This document shows, piece after piece, positions 1-9,478 of a stretch of DNA of 54,976 nt. The position numbers and the translations under genes were made by a program. Numbering within the stretch: position 1 is the stretch's first letter; the number at the start of each line of letters is the position of its first letter. Source of the stretch: a virus. Lineage: Duplodnaviria; Caudoviricetes. The notes under the pieces are model-generated. The model was not told the DNA's origin and did no database searches. It saw nothing but the letters and a program-made list of their open reading frames with translations. Where the stretch lies: the IMG/VR virus record IMGVR_UViG_3300009124_000015, positions 1-54,976 of that record, one strand, 5' to 3'.

Positions 1-342
1 GGCTAAGCGTTCGGGAATGGCTGGCCTTTTTGCCCGGTACGGTCACCCGGGGGGATTAATAACATGACAAACGGGAGACGCGCGGGCGCGGGCGGGCGGG
101 CGTGTGTGCGCGTGCGGGGAATGCGGCGGGGATACGCGTTGGTGGGGCACCCTTGGGATCGCCGATGTGGTTGGCCTGTAAGAATGTTGCGGGGAAAGCT
201 AGTATTGTATCGCTACCAAAGCTTTGAATATAATAATATTTCTTTTCTGCATAGGGGCGGGGAAGGGCCACCCCACCCCCCTACGTCAACTGCTAGCAAT
301 ACCGGTCGTAATTTTATTTTTTTGGAGTAATCGGGGTCGGTA

Positions 343-399
343 CAAAACGTACGCCACTGGGAAAGCAAAACGTACCCCTAACGAGGGGGCAAAACGTAC
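343..399. repeat. Three direct repeats CAAAACGTAC (343, 366, 390), 23-24 bp period
   Basis: Read directly from the sequence; non-coding region. Confidence 0.85.
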
Positions 400-451
400 T
401 CCTTACGTACGTGGCGGGGTGTATAGGTTTACCCCGGCGGGCCTTACGCCC

Positions 452-480
452 AGTGTACCGTCCAAAAGCGCTTTTGTCAA
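452..480 (-). promoter_or_regulatory. Leftward sigma70-type promoter
   Basis: Minus strand reads TTGACA-17 nt-TACACT. Confidence 0.7.
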
Positions 481-489
481 GAAAAAAAG

Positions 490-518
490 TTGACACTTCC
501 CGCCCGAGTCGCTATACT
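490..518 (+). promoter_or_regulatory. Rightward sigma70-type promoter for the packaging/structural block
   Basis: TTGACA-17 nt-TATACT with an upstream A-tract. Confidence 0.8.
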
Positions 519-595
519 ATTGTCGTGAACCACACTTTTACCCGTCACACCACCCCTCAAAACAATTCCGTTTTAACAAAGTTGGTACGACGCAC

Positions 596-829
596 GTGTG
601 GTTCACCACAATTTTGAAAGATAGCCTCGTGTTCACCGCAATCGTATTCGCGTGTACGTTTTACATCACGCAAGAATGCCTCCGTTTCGAGGATACACGG
701 GGTCCGTACGCCACAGAAGAGGCGTGTATCGAGCGGATCGTCGAAATGGCCGGTAATATCCGCACCATATCGCCCAACTTGCAAATCGTACGTACAATGT
801 GCGTACCAAATCCCGGACAACCAACGTAA
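596..829 (+). CDS. Small hypothetical protein with hydrophobic N-terminus and several Cys; true start may be GTG ~629
   Basis: First ORF after the promoter; abuts the terminase small subunit. Confidence 0.6.
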   Translation: MWFTTILKDSLVFTAIVFACTFYITQECLRFEDTRGPYATEEACIERIVEMAGNIRTISPNLQIVRTMCVPNPGQPT

Positions 830-832
830 AAA

Positions 833-1243
833 ATGAACCTCTTACCCCAACAAAGGCCGAAAGAGCGCGTTCTCACCGTTCAACAGCAGCAATTTCTCGA
901 CTTGTTGTTTGAAAACGGCGGTAATGTCGCTGCAGCAGCCATAGACGCAGGATATTCACGCGGCTCTTCACAGTGGCTCAAGAAGACGTTGGCCGATGAG
1001 ATCGTAGAGCGTACGAAAGACATCCTTTCCGTCAACGCGATCAAGGCCGCTAATCGCCTAGTTAGTACGATTGACAACCCCGCCCCCGAACGCGGAGACG
1101 ACCTACGCCTCAAAGCAGCCGAATCACTCTTGACACGTGTCGGAGTTAAGGCTCCCGAGCAGGTAAACCACAACGTAACGGCAGTTCACGGCGTAGTCCT
1201 TCTGCCACCCAAGAATGAGGTAACAATCGATGGAACGAGCTAA
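833..1243 (+). CDS. terS: Terminase small subunit (putative)
   Basis: HTH-like LTVQQQQFLDLLFENGGNVAAAAIDAGYS; lies upstream of terL. Confidence 0.7.
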   Translation: MNLLPQQRPKERVLTVQQQQFLDLLFENGGNVAAAAIDAGYSRGSSQWLKKTLADEIVERTKDILSVNAIKAANRLVSTIDNPAPERGDDLRLKAAESLLTRVGVKAPEQVNHNVTAVHGVVLLPPKNEVTIDGTS

Positions 1244-1463
1244 AAATGTAGTTGATTATGTACGGGCACAGTTTCGTGACATCGACTACGAAAACATGAC
1301 CCTCAAGCAAATCAAAGAAGAAGCCCAGACGTACGCACGTATGACAGGTATGAACGAAGAAGAAGCGAGTCGTCACGCCAAAAGTATGATAGAAACGTGG
1401 CACGAGGTACACGGCAACAACAAAGGCCGCAAAGCGGGCGGTAGTAGCGAAAAGCCCGAGTGA
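1230..1463 (+). CDS. Hypothetical protein
   Basis: GAGG RBS; overlaps both neighbours in operon fashion. Confidence 0.65.
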   Translation: MERAKNVVDYVRAQFRDIDYENMTLKQIKEEAQTYARMTGMNEEEASRHAKSMIETWHEVHGNNKGRKAGGSSEKPE

Positions 1464-3157
1464 TGACTGACGACGCGCCGAAACGCAAGCGCGGTAGGCC
1501 CAAGAAAGACCCTAATGCCCCGAAGGCAACATACCAGCTTTCTACGCAAGAACGTGCAAGACGCGCGGCGCAGGGCCGCTTACGCTCCGCAAAAACCCGT
1601 GCGGCAAAAGTCTCTAAGGCCGCAGAAGACAAACGTCGCTACGCCCGCCAACTCGAAGAAAAGGTCGGAAAAGTTGAAGAAGCTCTCAAAGGTACTAAGT
1701 CTGCCACAGTCGATCTTGGGGATTTGCATGATTTGCCAGAAGCCGTTTCGGACCTTGTCGGCGAAAGCGAAGTTGTTTTCCAGCCGAATAGCGGACCTCA
1801 AACGGACTTTCTTTCGGCGGGTGAACGAGATGTTCTCTACGGGGGAGCAGCCGGGGGAGGTAAATCTTTCGCTCTCTTGGCCGACCCTCTGCGCTTCTGT
1901 CACAACCCTAATCATCGTGGGCTTCTTCTTAGGCGTACTCTCGACGAGCTAACCGAACTCATCGACAAGTCACGTCAACTCTACACGAAGGCGTTTCCCG
2001 GTGCGAAGTTCCGCGAATCCAAATCCACGTGGGTTTTCCCGTCGGGCGCAACGATCTGGTTTACGTACCTCGACAAAGACAAAGACGTAACCCGCTTTCA
2101 AGGGCAAGCGTTCAACTGGATTGGTATCGACGAAATAACCCAGTACCCCACGCCGTACGTCTGGGACTACTTGCGTTCTCGTCTCCGTGCAACAGACCCC
2201 GAACTCCAACAACACCTCTACATGCGCTGCACAGCCAACCCCGGCGGTGTCGGCGGCTGGTGGGTGAAGAAAACGTACATCGATGGGATCGAGCCGAACA
2301 AAGCGTTCGCCGCATTCGACATCGAAACCGGAAAATCTTTTCTGTGGCCACCGAGCCACGAAAAAGCAGGTCAACCGTTGTTCCTTCGCAAGTTTGTACC
2401 GGCACGGCTGACTGACAATCCCTACCTCATGGCAGATGGTCAATACGAGGCCATGTTGAGGTCGCTCCCGGAAGTCGAGCGGAAGAGACTTCTCGAAGGG
2501 GATTGGGACGTGGCGGAGGGAGCGGCCTTCCCAGAATTTTCACGAGCGAGACATGTGGTCGAACATTTTGAACTTCCAACCAACTGGCCCCGCATACGTG
2601 CGGCAGACTACGGCTATGCGAGTCCGTCGTGCGTTCTTTGGGGGGCTATTGACTGGGATAACAATATCTGGATTTATCGTGAATTATATGCTAAACACTT
2701 GACAGCGGAGCAACTCGCTGATAAAATACTAGAAGCAGAGGAGCTAGACCCGCTCCCTCACTACACCGTCTTAGACTCCTCGTGTTGGAACAAGACGGGT
2801 TTCGGACCTTCGATAGCAGAGACTATGATGCGAGTCGGTGTGCGGTGGACGCCCTCCGACCGTAATCGCATACAAGGAAAGATGGAGGTACACCGTCGCC
2901 TCGCAGACGATCCGTACACAAACGAACCTCGCCTCCGTATCTTTTCAACGTGTACGAATACTGTCAAGCAACTTGCTGGCATACCGCTCTCCAAGAGTAA
3001 CAGCGAAGACGTAGACACAAAGGCCGAAGATCACGCATACGACGCCCTCCGCTATATGGTCATGACACGTATGAGCGGGTACGCTTCGATCCACAAACAA
3101 CTTGGTTCGATCAAAAACCAAGTGTATCAAGTCCAAGACGCTACATTCGGATACTAA
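1460..3157 (+). CDS. terL: Terminase large subunit with a basic N-terminal extension
   Basis: Walker A YGGAAGGGKS, Walker B IGIDE, motif III CTANPGG, nuclease motifs ADYG and DHAYDALRY. Confidence 0.95.
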   Translation: MMTDDAPKRKRGRPKKDPNAPKATYQLSTQERARRAAQGRLRSAKTRAAKVSKAAEDKRRYARQLEEKVGKVEEALKGTKSATVDLGDLHDLPEAVSDLVGESEVVFQPNSGPQTDFLSAGERDVLYGGAAGGGKSFALLADPLRFCHNPNHRGLLLRRTLDELTELIDKSRQLYTKAFPGAKFRESKSTWVFPSGATIWFTYLDKDKDVTRFQGQAFNWIGIDEITQYPTPYVWDYLRSRLRATDPELQQHLYMRCTANPGGVGGWWVKKTYIDGIEPNKAFAAFDIETGKSFLWPPSHEKAGQPLFLRKFVPARLTDNPYLMADGQYEAMLRSLPEVERKRLLEGDWDVAEGAAFPEFSRARHVVEHFELPTNWPRIRAADYGYASPSCVLWGAIDWDNNIWIYRELYAKHLTAEQLADKILEAEELDPLPHYTVLDSSCWNKTGFGPSIAETMMRVGVRWTPSDRNRIQGKMEVHRRLADDPYTNEPRLRIFSTCTNTVKQLAGIPLSKSNSEDVDTKAEDHAYDALRYMVMTRMSGYASIHKQLGSIKNQVYQVQDATFGY

Positions 3158-3160
3158 TAG

Positions 3161-5059
3161 ATGGCAAAGACTATCATATCTACGAATTTCGATCCGTCCC
3201 AAATTACACTCCGGGATTTTATGGAGTTGTACGTCGAAAAGCGCGAAATTAAGAGGGATAACTTTTTTAGCGGTTTTTCCGACGCCGTATTTCAGCCGTA
3301 TATGGACCGGCCCGCTATCGAGTTTTTTGAATCCGCACGAGAAGAGGGGAACCCGCTTCAGAGGTTCTTCGACGATCAAGCGGCTAAGGGCGTAGGCCCC
3401 GGGGGTGCCGAAAAAGCGTACTCTAACGCAAAAAACCTCGAAGATAACATCATACATCAACTCAAGCGCCTCAAGCGCATGGGCGAGTACGCAGATGACA
3501 CGAACGGGTTTCCTCGCCTAACAGATACCGTAGTAAAACCGGCAAAAGGCGCACCCCGATCCAAAAAGTTTAAGATCAATCCGGAAAGGCTCGGACTTCT
3601 CAAAGTAAAACTCATCGAACACGCTCGGGAAAATCCAAAAGATGTCCCGATCGTACGTGCCCTTCTTGTGCAGATGTATACCGGATTTCGTCCGAAAGAA
3701 ATTATACAGATGCCGATGCAAGGCACGATCAAAGAAGCTGCCGAAGGAAGTGTGTCGAAGGGTCTCTTTCTTCCGGCAGGTATCACAAAGATGGACGAAG
3801 CGTTCGCCGTCCCCTTAACTCCGCACCTAGAGTCCGCCCTCAATTCGGCGATCGATAGCAACTCCTCTCGATTTGTAGATCGATCTATGCCAGACCGTAT
3901 GTTTTTAATGGACAATGGCAACCCTATTCCGGAGGGTGCCCTTTCGCGGGTTTTGAAACAAATCGAAGTTCCGGGAATCTTAGAAGATGCCGTAACCGGA
4001 GAGCCTATCAACTTCTTGACAGCCGCGTACGATCTTCGTCGTGCCCACGCCACGGGTGTAAATCAACTCGGCTACGGTGTGGAGGTCGGTGCAAAGATGA
4101 AGGGGCGGGCTATCAAGGCCGCTACTGCTGGTGACGAACCCCGCTACGTAGCAACCGGCTTTAGGTTTCACACTGCAGAAGACTTGACGCCCCACGTAGC
4201 GTGGCACAATTTTATCGACAAAGCATTTGCCGGTGCGGCAGGAATTGAAGGCGGCGGCGTACTCGGAAACGTCATCATAAGCCCCGAGCAAGACGTACTC
4301 GGAAAAGGTATCGTAGCAAATCGCGTGTCCGACCTCATGACTATGGACGTAAACGACATGTCCAACGTCATGATCATGCCTACCGCAATTCCCGGAAATA
4401 TCGCCCTTCCCGCCGCACCCGGAGAAGTAACAGAGGAAGCTATCCGAGATCAGGCGGATCGTTTCGTGAAGAATCTGTCCGGTAAAACCTTTAAGAATCC
4501 CAAGTTTCGCATGGTAGGTCCGGCGCTTCTTGCCGGTGTTGCAGGGGGAGAAGGCGAAGCACCCTCCGATCAAACCATAGATACTACCCTAGAACTGTTG
4601 AGGGATGCGGCTTTCGACGAGGCGGGGTATCAAGCGATCTCTATGCCACTCGTACGGGCCGGGGCATCGATGACCGCCGCAGGTATGGCTGCTACGTTTG
4701 TCCAAGAGGCGTTACGCACCGGAGAAGCAGAAGCACAAGAACGCGACCCGATGGAGCGGGCAGTTTACGAAGAAGAGCTACAAGCTGCAGCCCGCGAAGG
4801 ACAATACGCCCCGGATGCCACAGCTTCAACCCCGTCAGGAGAGACGGTCACATTACCCCGCGTAGAATTTTTCCCGCCGATCGGAAAGGCGGAAGGCGAA
4901 GCACAGACGGTTCTCGAAGAACAATTTGCCGAGCCTGATGTATTCGAGGGCAGCCCTCGTGACGTACAGGAGCGTCGAACGGCTGAAATGGAACGCATAG
5001 TCACTGAAGATACGGCTATGCAAACAGACGAAACCCCGGGCTTTGTGGCCCGCAGATAA
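3161..5059 (+). CDS. Tyrosine-recombinase/integrase-like protein with a long acidic C-terminal extension
   Basis: LLVQMYTGFRPKEI (box I Arg), ITKMD (Lys), AYDLRRAHAT (box II), MKGR...EPRY (putative catalytic Tyr). Confidence 0.7.
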   Translation: MAKTIISTNFDPSQITLRDFMELYVEKREIKRDNFFSGFSDAVFQPYMDRPAIEFFESAREEGNPLQRFFDDQAAKGVGPGGAEKAYSNAKNLEDNIIHQLKRLKRMGEYADDTNGFPRLTDTVVKPAKGAPRSKKFKINPERLGLLKVKLIEHARENPKDVPIVRALLVQMYTGFRPKEIIQMPMQGTIKEAAEGSVSKGLFLPAGITKMDEAFAVPLTPHLESALNSAIDSNSSRFVDRSMPDRMFLMDNGNPIPEGALSRVLKQIEVPGILEDAVTGEPINFLTAAYDLRRAHATGVNQLGYGVEVGAKMKGRAIKAATAGDEPRYVATGFRFHTAEDLTPHVAWHNFIDKAFAGAAGIEGGGVLGNVIISPEQDVLGKGIVANRVSDLMTMDVNDMSNVMIMPTAIPGNIALPAAPGEVTEEAIRDQADRFVKNLSGKTFKNPKFRMVGPALLAGVAGGEGEAPSDQTIDTTLELLRDAAFDEAGYQAISMPLVRAGASMTAAGMAATFVQEALRTGEAEAQERDPMERAVYEEELQAAAREGQYAPDATASTPSGETVTLPRVEFFPPIGKAEGEAQTVLEEQFAEPDVFEGSPRDVQERRTAEMERIVTEDTAMQTDETPGFVARR

Positions 5060-5071
5060 CGGAGCAAATCT

Positions 5072-5290
5072 ATGCCGAACAACAATTACAATTACGGTGC
5101 GGATTACATCATGAATGCTGACAAGACTACTGTCGATGCAAGCATGGGTGAGTCCACACTCTATCGTGAAGGTCTTGAGTTCGATACTCGGGCGAAGACT
5201 GGTGTTCTCACGGAAGACATGCCTAAGAAAATGACTAAGGCTGCTGTCGATCCGTCGGTTATGAGCATGGCCGAAGAGCGCGACTACTAA
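5072..5290 (+). CDS. Small hypothetical protein
   Basis: GGAG RBS; fills the gap before portal. Confidence 0.7.
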   Translation: MPNNNYNYGADYIMNADKTTVDASMGESTLYREGLEFDTRAKTGVLTEDMPKKMTKAAVDPSVMSMAEERDY

Positions 5291-5314
5291 AAACACAAAA
5301 AGGTAGTATTCCCT

Positions 5315-7453
5315 ATGGAAGATAGGTTTCTCGAACCTGCTGACGACACTGAAGTACCCGTAGCATCTCCTGAAGAGCAGATGCCGTATCTTTCGGAGTA
5401 TATTCTGAAAAGATTCGAAGACGCCGAAAACGGGCGTTACGCGTACGAACAGCGGTGGCTACAGGCATACAAAAACTTTCGTGGAATTTACGATTCGAGT
5501 ACGCAATACCGAGAATCTGAGCGATCTAAGGTATTCATCAAGATCACCAAAACAAAGGTTCTTGCTGCGTACGGTCAGATCGTAGACATTCTCTTTTCGA
5601 ATAAAAAGTTCCCGATTGTTGTCGAGCCTACCCCAGTTCCGGAGGGTGTAGCCGAATTCGCTCACCTCAAAACTCCTCTCGACGAAGTTGTTTCACAGCA
5701 GCAAACTCCGATGATCGATCCGTACGGATTCGAGGGGGACGGACGAGAACTAGCTCCGGGCGCTATGCAAGCCGAGCAACCACACTTCTTAGGTGCGTAT
5801 GGGGCGACTATGCAAAATGCAAACGTCGTTCCGGGAAAGGCACTTGCAGGTGAGCCACAAATTTCACCGGCTCAAGAATCCGCCCTCAAGTGTGAAAAGA
5901 CGATCCACGACCAACTCGTCGATACAAATGCCGTAACGGTTATCCGCAAAAGCATATTCGAAGCCGCTCTTCTCGGCACGGGTGTTCTCAAAGGCCCGCT
6001 GAATATGTATAAACGTATTCATCGTTGGGAAAACGGCGAGGACGGGGAACGGGAATACAATCCGTACGAAAAGGTAGTTCCGCGCATCGAACACGTTTCG
6101 ATTTGGGATTTCTACCCCGATCCGGCTGCTGTCAACATCGAGGATTGCGAATACGTAATCCAGCGGCACCGGATGAATCGCCAACAGCTTCGCAGCCTTC
6201 TTTTGATGCCTCACTTTAGGGCGGAAGCCGTCGAGGCGACAATCGCATCCGGCCCTAACTACGACGACAAATACTTTGAAGATACAATCCGAGAAGACGA
6301 AACAGAGGCGTACTACAACGAAAGTCGCTTCGAGGTTTTCGAATATTGGGGAGTGATCGATACGGATATGGCCGAATCTATCGGCATCTCTCGTGAAGAG
6401 CTTCCGGATAATCTCTCTCAAGTTCAGGTGAACGCGTGGGTATGCGGCGGAAACGTACTGCGGTGTGTTGTCAATCCGTTTACCCCCGCTCGTATTCCAT
6501 ACTTTGCTTTGCCGTACGAAATCAACCCGTATCAAATCTGGGGCGTCGGTGTTGCAGAGAATATGGAAGACGCTCAGATGTTGATGAATGGTCACGTCCG
6601 TATGGCAATCGACAACCTTGCCCTTGCCGGTAACCTCGTCTTCGATGTAGACGAAGCGTCGTTGGTACCCGGACAGAACATGGACATCTTCCCGGGTAAG
6701 ATTTTCCGTCGTCAGTCGGGTGTTACAGGAACAGCGATCAACGGTCTCAAGTTCCCGAACACGGCTCCTGAAAACATTCAGATGTATCAGATAAGCCGTC
6801 AACTCGCAGACGAAGAGACAGGTCTACCTTCTATTATGCACGGACAGACGGGTGTGTCAGGCACAGGACGTACCGCAGCGGGTTTGTCTATGCTTCTGGG
6901 TAGCGCAAGCCTGTCGATGAAGACTGTCATTAAGAATATTGACGATCATCTTTTGAAGCCACTCGGTGAAGCGTATTACCAGTGGAATATGCAGTTCAAC
7001 GAAGCGATGGACGATATAAAGGGCGACTTGGAAATCAAGCCCCGGGGTATCGCTGCCGTTATGCAAAAAGAAGTTCGAAGTCAGAGATTGATCGGTCTTC
7101 TTCAAACCGTATCTAATCCGATGCTAGCTCCGTTTATCAAGATTCCGAACCTTCTTCGCGAACTTGCTATCACACAGGATATCGATCCGGACAGCCTTGT
7201 CAACGACGTAAACGAGGCTCAAATCTACGCACAGATGCTACAGGGGATGATGGCTAATGCTCAACAAGAATCAGGCCCAGATGGTGGCCCCGCTGGTCAA
7301 CAACAACCCGGCATGGACGGGGCTAGAGGAGTACCTCAACAGCCTCAAGGAGATAACAGTGCAGGGCCTAGCGGGGGCGCAATCGGAGTCGGAACTGCGC
7401 CAACTGCAGGGGAAGCTGGTTTTACTGGAAACACTCCTGAAGTTGAAGAGTAA
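5315..7453 (+). CDS. Portal (head-tail connector) protein
   Basis: 712 aa; motifs SKVFIKITKTKVLAAY, SIWDFYPDP, WGVGVAE, RTAAGLSML typical of P22/N4-like podovirus portals; position. Confidence 0.88.
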   Translation: MEDRFLEPADDTEVPVASPEEQMPYLSEYILKRFEDAENGRYAYEQRWLQAYKNFRGIYDSSTQYRESERSKVFIKITKTKVLAAYGQIVDILFSNKKFPIVVEPTPVPEGVAEFAHLKTPLDEVVSQQQTPMIDPYGFEGDGRELAPGAMQAEQPHFLGAYGATMQNANVVPGKALAGEPQISPAQESALKCEKTIHDQLVDTNAVTVIRKSIFEAALLGTGVLKGPLNMYKRIHRWENGEDGEREYNPYEKVVPRIEHVSIWDFYPDPAAVNIEDCEYVIQRHRMNRQQLRSLLLMPHFRAEAVEATIASGPNYDDKYFEDTIREDETEAYYNESRFEVFEYWGVIDTDMAESIGISREELPDNLSQVQVNAWVCGGNVLRCVVNPFTPARIPYFALPYEINPYQIWGVGVAENMEDAQMLMNGHVRMAIDNLALAGNLVFDVDEASLVPGQNMDIFPGKIFRRQSGVTGTAINGLKFPNTAPENIQMYQISRQLADEETGLPSIMHGQTGVSGTGRTAAGLSMLLGSASLSMKTVIKNIDDHLLKPLGEAYYQWNMQFNEAMDDIKGDLEIKPRGIAAVMQKEVRSQRLIGLLQTVSNPMLAPFIKIPNLLRELAITQDIDPDSLVNDVNEAQIYAQMLQGMMANAQQESGPDGGPAGQQQPGMDGARGVPQQPQGDNSAGPSGGAIGVGTAPTAGEAGFTGNTPEVEE

Positions 7454-7484
7454 CCACGAGGCGGTAGTCAAAGGAAACAAGTGA
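7257..7484 (+). CDS. Small helical protein overlapping the portal 3' end in another frame
   Basis: WTGLEEYL...ELRQLQGKL resembles small post-portal podovirus proteins; ends 1 nt before the next ATG. Confidence 0.65.
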   Translation: MLNKNQAQMVAPLVNNNPAWTGLEEYLNSLKEITVQGLAGAQSESELRQLQGKLVLLETLLKLKSNHEAVVKGNK

Positions 7485-7485
7485 T

Positions 7486-9462
7486 ATGTTCAACTGGTAC
7501 GACACCAAAAATTTAGGTTTGAACTGGTATGAGTACGTGCTTCCTGCGGAGGAGGATACGGATTCGACAACGCCGATTGTTTCTCCGGAAACTATCACGT
7601 CGGCACAGATGTTTGGAGCCGTACGAGAACAGCAAGACGAAGACCCGAACACTATTCGGATGCGTCGTAGATCGCAAACCGGAAGACTCGATCTTATGAA
7701 CGCAAAAATGATAGGCTATACAGACATTAAATATGGTGACTTTAACGGATACTTAAAAGAAAAGGGTCTTCCGGACCGTTCCGGATTCTTTGCAAACACC
7801 CATTTTCCTACCTCCGAAAAGGGTATGACATCTATGCAAGGGGCGGGAATTGCCGGGGGATTAACTGGTGGAAATCCGTTTATGGGATTGATGGGTGGTT
7901 TTATCGGTGCCGAATCGCAAATTGTAGCCGATCCGACCGGAGAGTATAACAGAAATATTCCAAAGACCGGCATAGGTAATCCCCTCGCTTCTATTGCCAT
8001 CTCTAGTGAGTACGCGGGTTTGGGAAAAATCCGTGACGCGTGGTCGGCTAATCCTACGGGATCGCTACAGGAAAACGGATTTGCTTTCAATCTCGGCGGC
8101 GTTACTGTGTGGCGCGATCCGAATAGCAATCGCTACAGCGGTCAACTCGATCGTATCGGACTAGATCAGCGCACGGCTCGTGATCTCGAAAGTCTGATGG
8201 TTGGTCGGGAGTTGGGAGATCAACTTGTTAATAATTATTTGAACGCAGAGTCAATACCCTTTTTTACCGATCTTGCGATTGCTGCCGGAATGTACCCGGA
8301 TAGCTACGGACGAGTTATCGTCGATAATGTTCAAGGTTTTGACTTTGATAATATCGTTTTGGGTACGAAAAATGGCGGTTACACCCTCGACGGACGCTTC
8401 AACTTCAAAGGACAGATGGGGCGTAACGGTCGTATGGAGGACTTTGATAACCTCGTAGATACCGTTTTTGATGGTAACAAAGATTCTGCTCGTAGCTGGC
8501 TAAATACATCTCGCTCTACCAAGTTCGAGTCGGCAGCAGATAAGATTCAGAACTTGCAATACTTTATTTTGAAGTCTCGTGGTTTCGAACACGTAACAGC
8601 TATGAATATGATTTCTACTGCGGGTACTACCGTGCCGTCCACAACTTCTACGACGAAAACCACCTCAACAACGACTCCCGCGCCTTCTGCACCGGCCCCG
8701 CAGCCCGCAGCAGGTCCGACGGGGGCAGCAGGTCCGACGGGGGATGAGCGTGTTAGCTCATTACTCGCTGCAGGTGAGACCCGATTTGCTAATATTCTCG
8801 GTCGTGGCTTTGTCGCAGTCGACGAGGGCACTACGTTTACGTCGCAACGAGAGAGCGTCGATTCCGCTCCAGCCGGTCGTAGCTTCAGCGTTAGCTACAG
8901 CGAATATGGTGGTGGTGCCGGAACTCCGAGCGGCGGGGGCACGGGCTTTGGGTTCCGCGCACAAGGTGGTCCTATCCTCAGACAAGAGGGTGGCGGCGTA
9001 CCTGCCGATCCGGAAGGATTTGTGCGTGGCGCACCCCGTCCACAACCTGAAGATAGCATCGTTTCTAGGGATGAAATTCAACGCCCCGCCCCGGAATCTG
9101 GTTTTGTCGTGCGGCCTCCATCACAAGTGTCTGAGGATGCTTCGATTGCCGATGATATCGACATGGAACCGGAAGTTGGCGGTGAAGTTATCAATGCCTC
9201 TGCCGTATCTGTTGCGGGCGAAAAAGACATCTACGAAATGATCGAAGACGCTAAAAAGTACCGCAAAAACGTAAAAGGTATTGACAAACCCGTAGAAACG
9301 AGTAATATTAAAATATCGGCAGGAGAAGTCTATGTAGACCCCGAGCTTGCCGACATCATAGGCCGCGACAAGATTCGTAAGATCAACGAGCGCGGCGTCC
9401 CCGCCACAAAGAAAAAACAGCAGCGTTCTCAACGCGCCTCTCGTGGCACAAAAGTTTCCTAA
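7486..9462 (+). CDS. Hypothetical, probably virion-associated protein (658 aa)
   Basis: Long ORF between portal and scaffold; T/P/A-rich linker. Confidence 0.7.
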   Translation: MFNWYDTKNLGLNWYEYVLPAEEDTDSTTPIVSPETITSAQMFGAVREQQDEDPNTIRMRRRSQTGRLDLMNAKMIGYTDIKYGDFNGYLKEKGLPDRSGFFANTHFPTSEKGMTSMQGAGIAGGLTGGNPFMGLMGGFIGAESQIVADPTGEYNRNIPKTGIGNPLASIAISSEYAGLGKIRDAWSANPTGSLQENGFAFNLGGVTVWRDPNSNRYSGQLDRIGLDQRTARDLESLMVGRELGDQLVNNYLNAESIPFFTDLAIAAGMYPDSYGRVIVDNVQGFDFDNIVLGTKNGGYTLDGRFNFKGQMGRNGRMEDFDNLVDTVFDGNKDSARSWLNTSRSTKFESAADKIQNLQYFILKSRGFEHVTAMNMISTAGTTVPSTTSTTKTTSTTTPAPSAPAPQPAAGPTGAAGPTGDERVSSLLAAGETRFANILGRGFVAVDEGTTFTSQRESVDSAPAGRSFSVSYSEYGGGAGTPSGGGTGFGFRAQGGPILRQEGGGVPADPEGFVRGAPRPQPEDSIVSRDEIQRPAPESGFVVRPPSQVSEDASIADDIDMEPEVGGEVINASAVSVAGEKDIYEMIEDAKKYRKNVKGIDKPVETSNIKISAGEVYVDPELADIIGRDKIRKINERGVPATKKKQQRSQRASRGTKVS

Positions 9463-9478
9463 TACATTTTTTGTATTC

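Noticed and set aside
343-399. CRISPR array
   Set aside because: The repeats are only 10 bp with 13-14 bp spacers, and there are no cas genes. The Cas4-like ORF at 43967 is an ordinary phage replication exonuclease by context.
475-495. TGTCAA-N9-TTGACA as the recombinase att/core site
   Set aside because: The arms are only 6 bp and are fully explained as two divergent -35 boxes.
56-617. Short ORFs in the left-end region
   Set aside because: Low-complexity translations, no RBS, and overlap with promoters and repeats.
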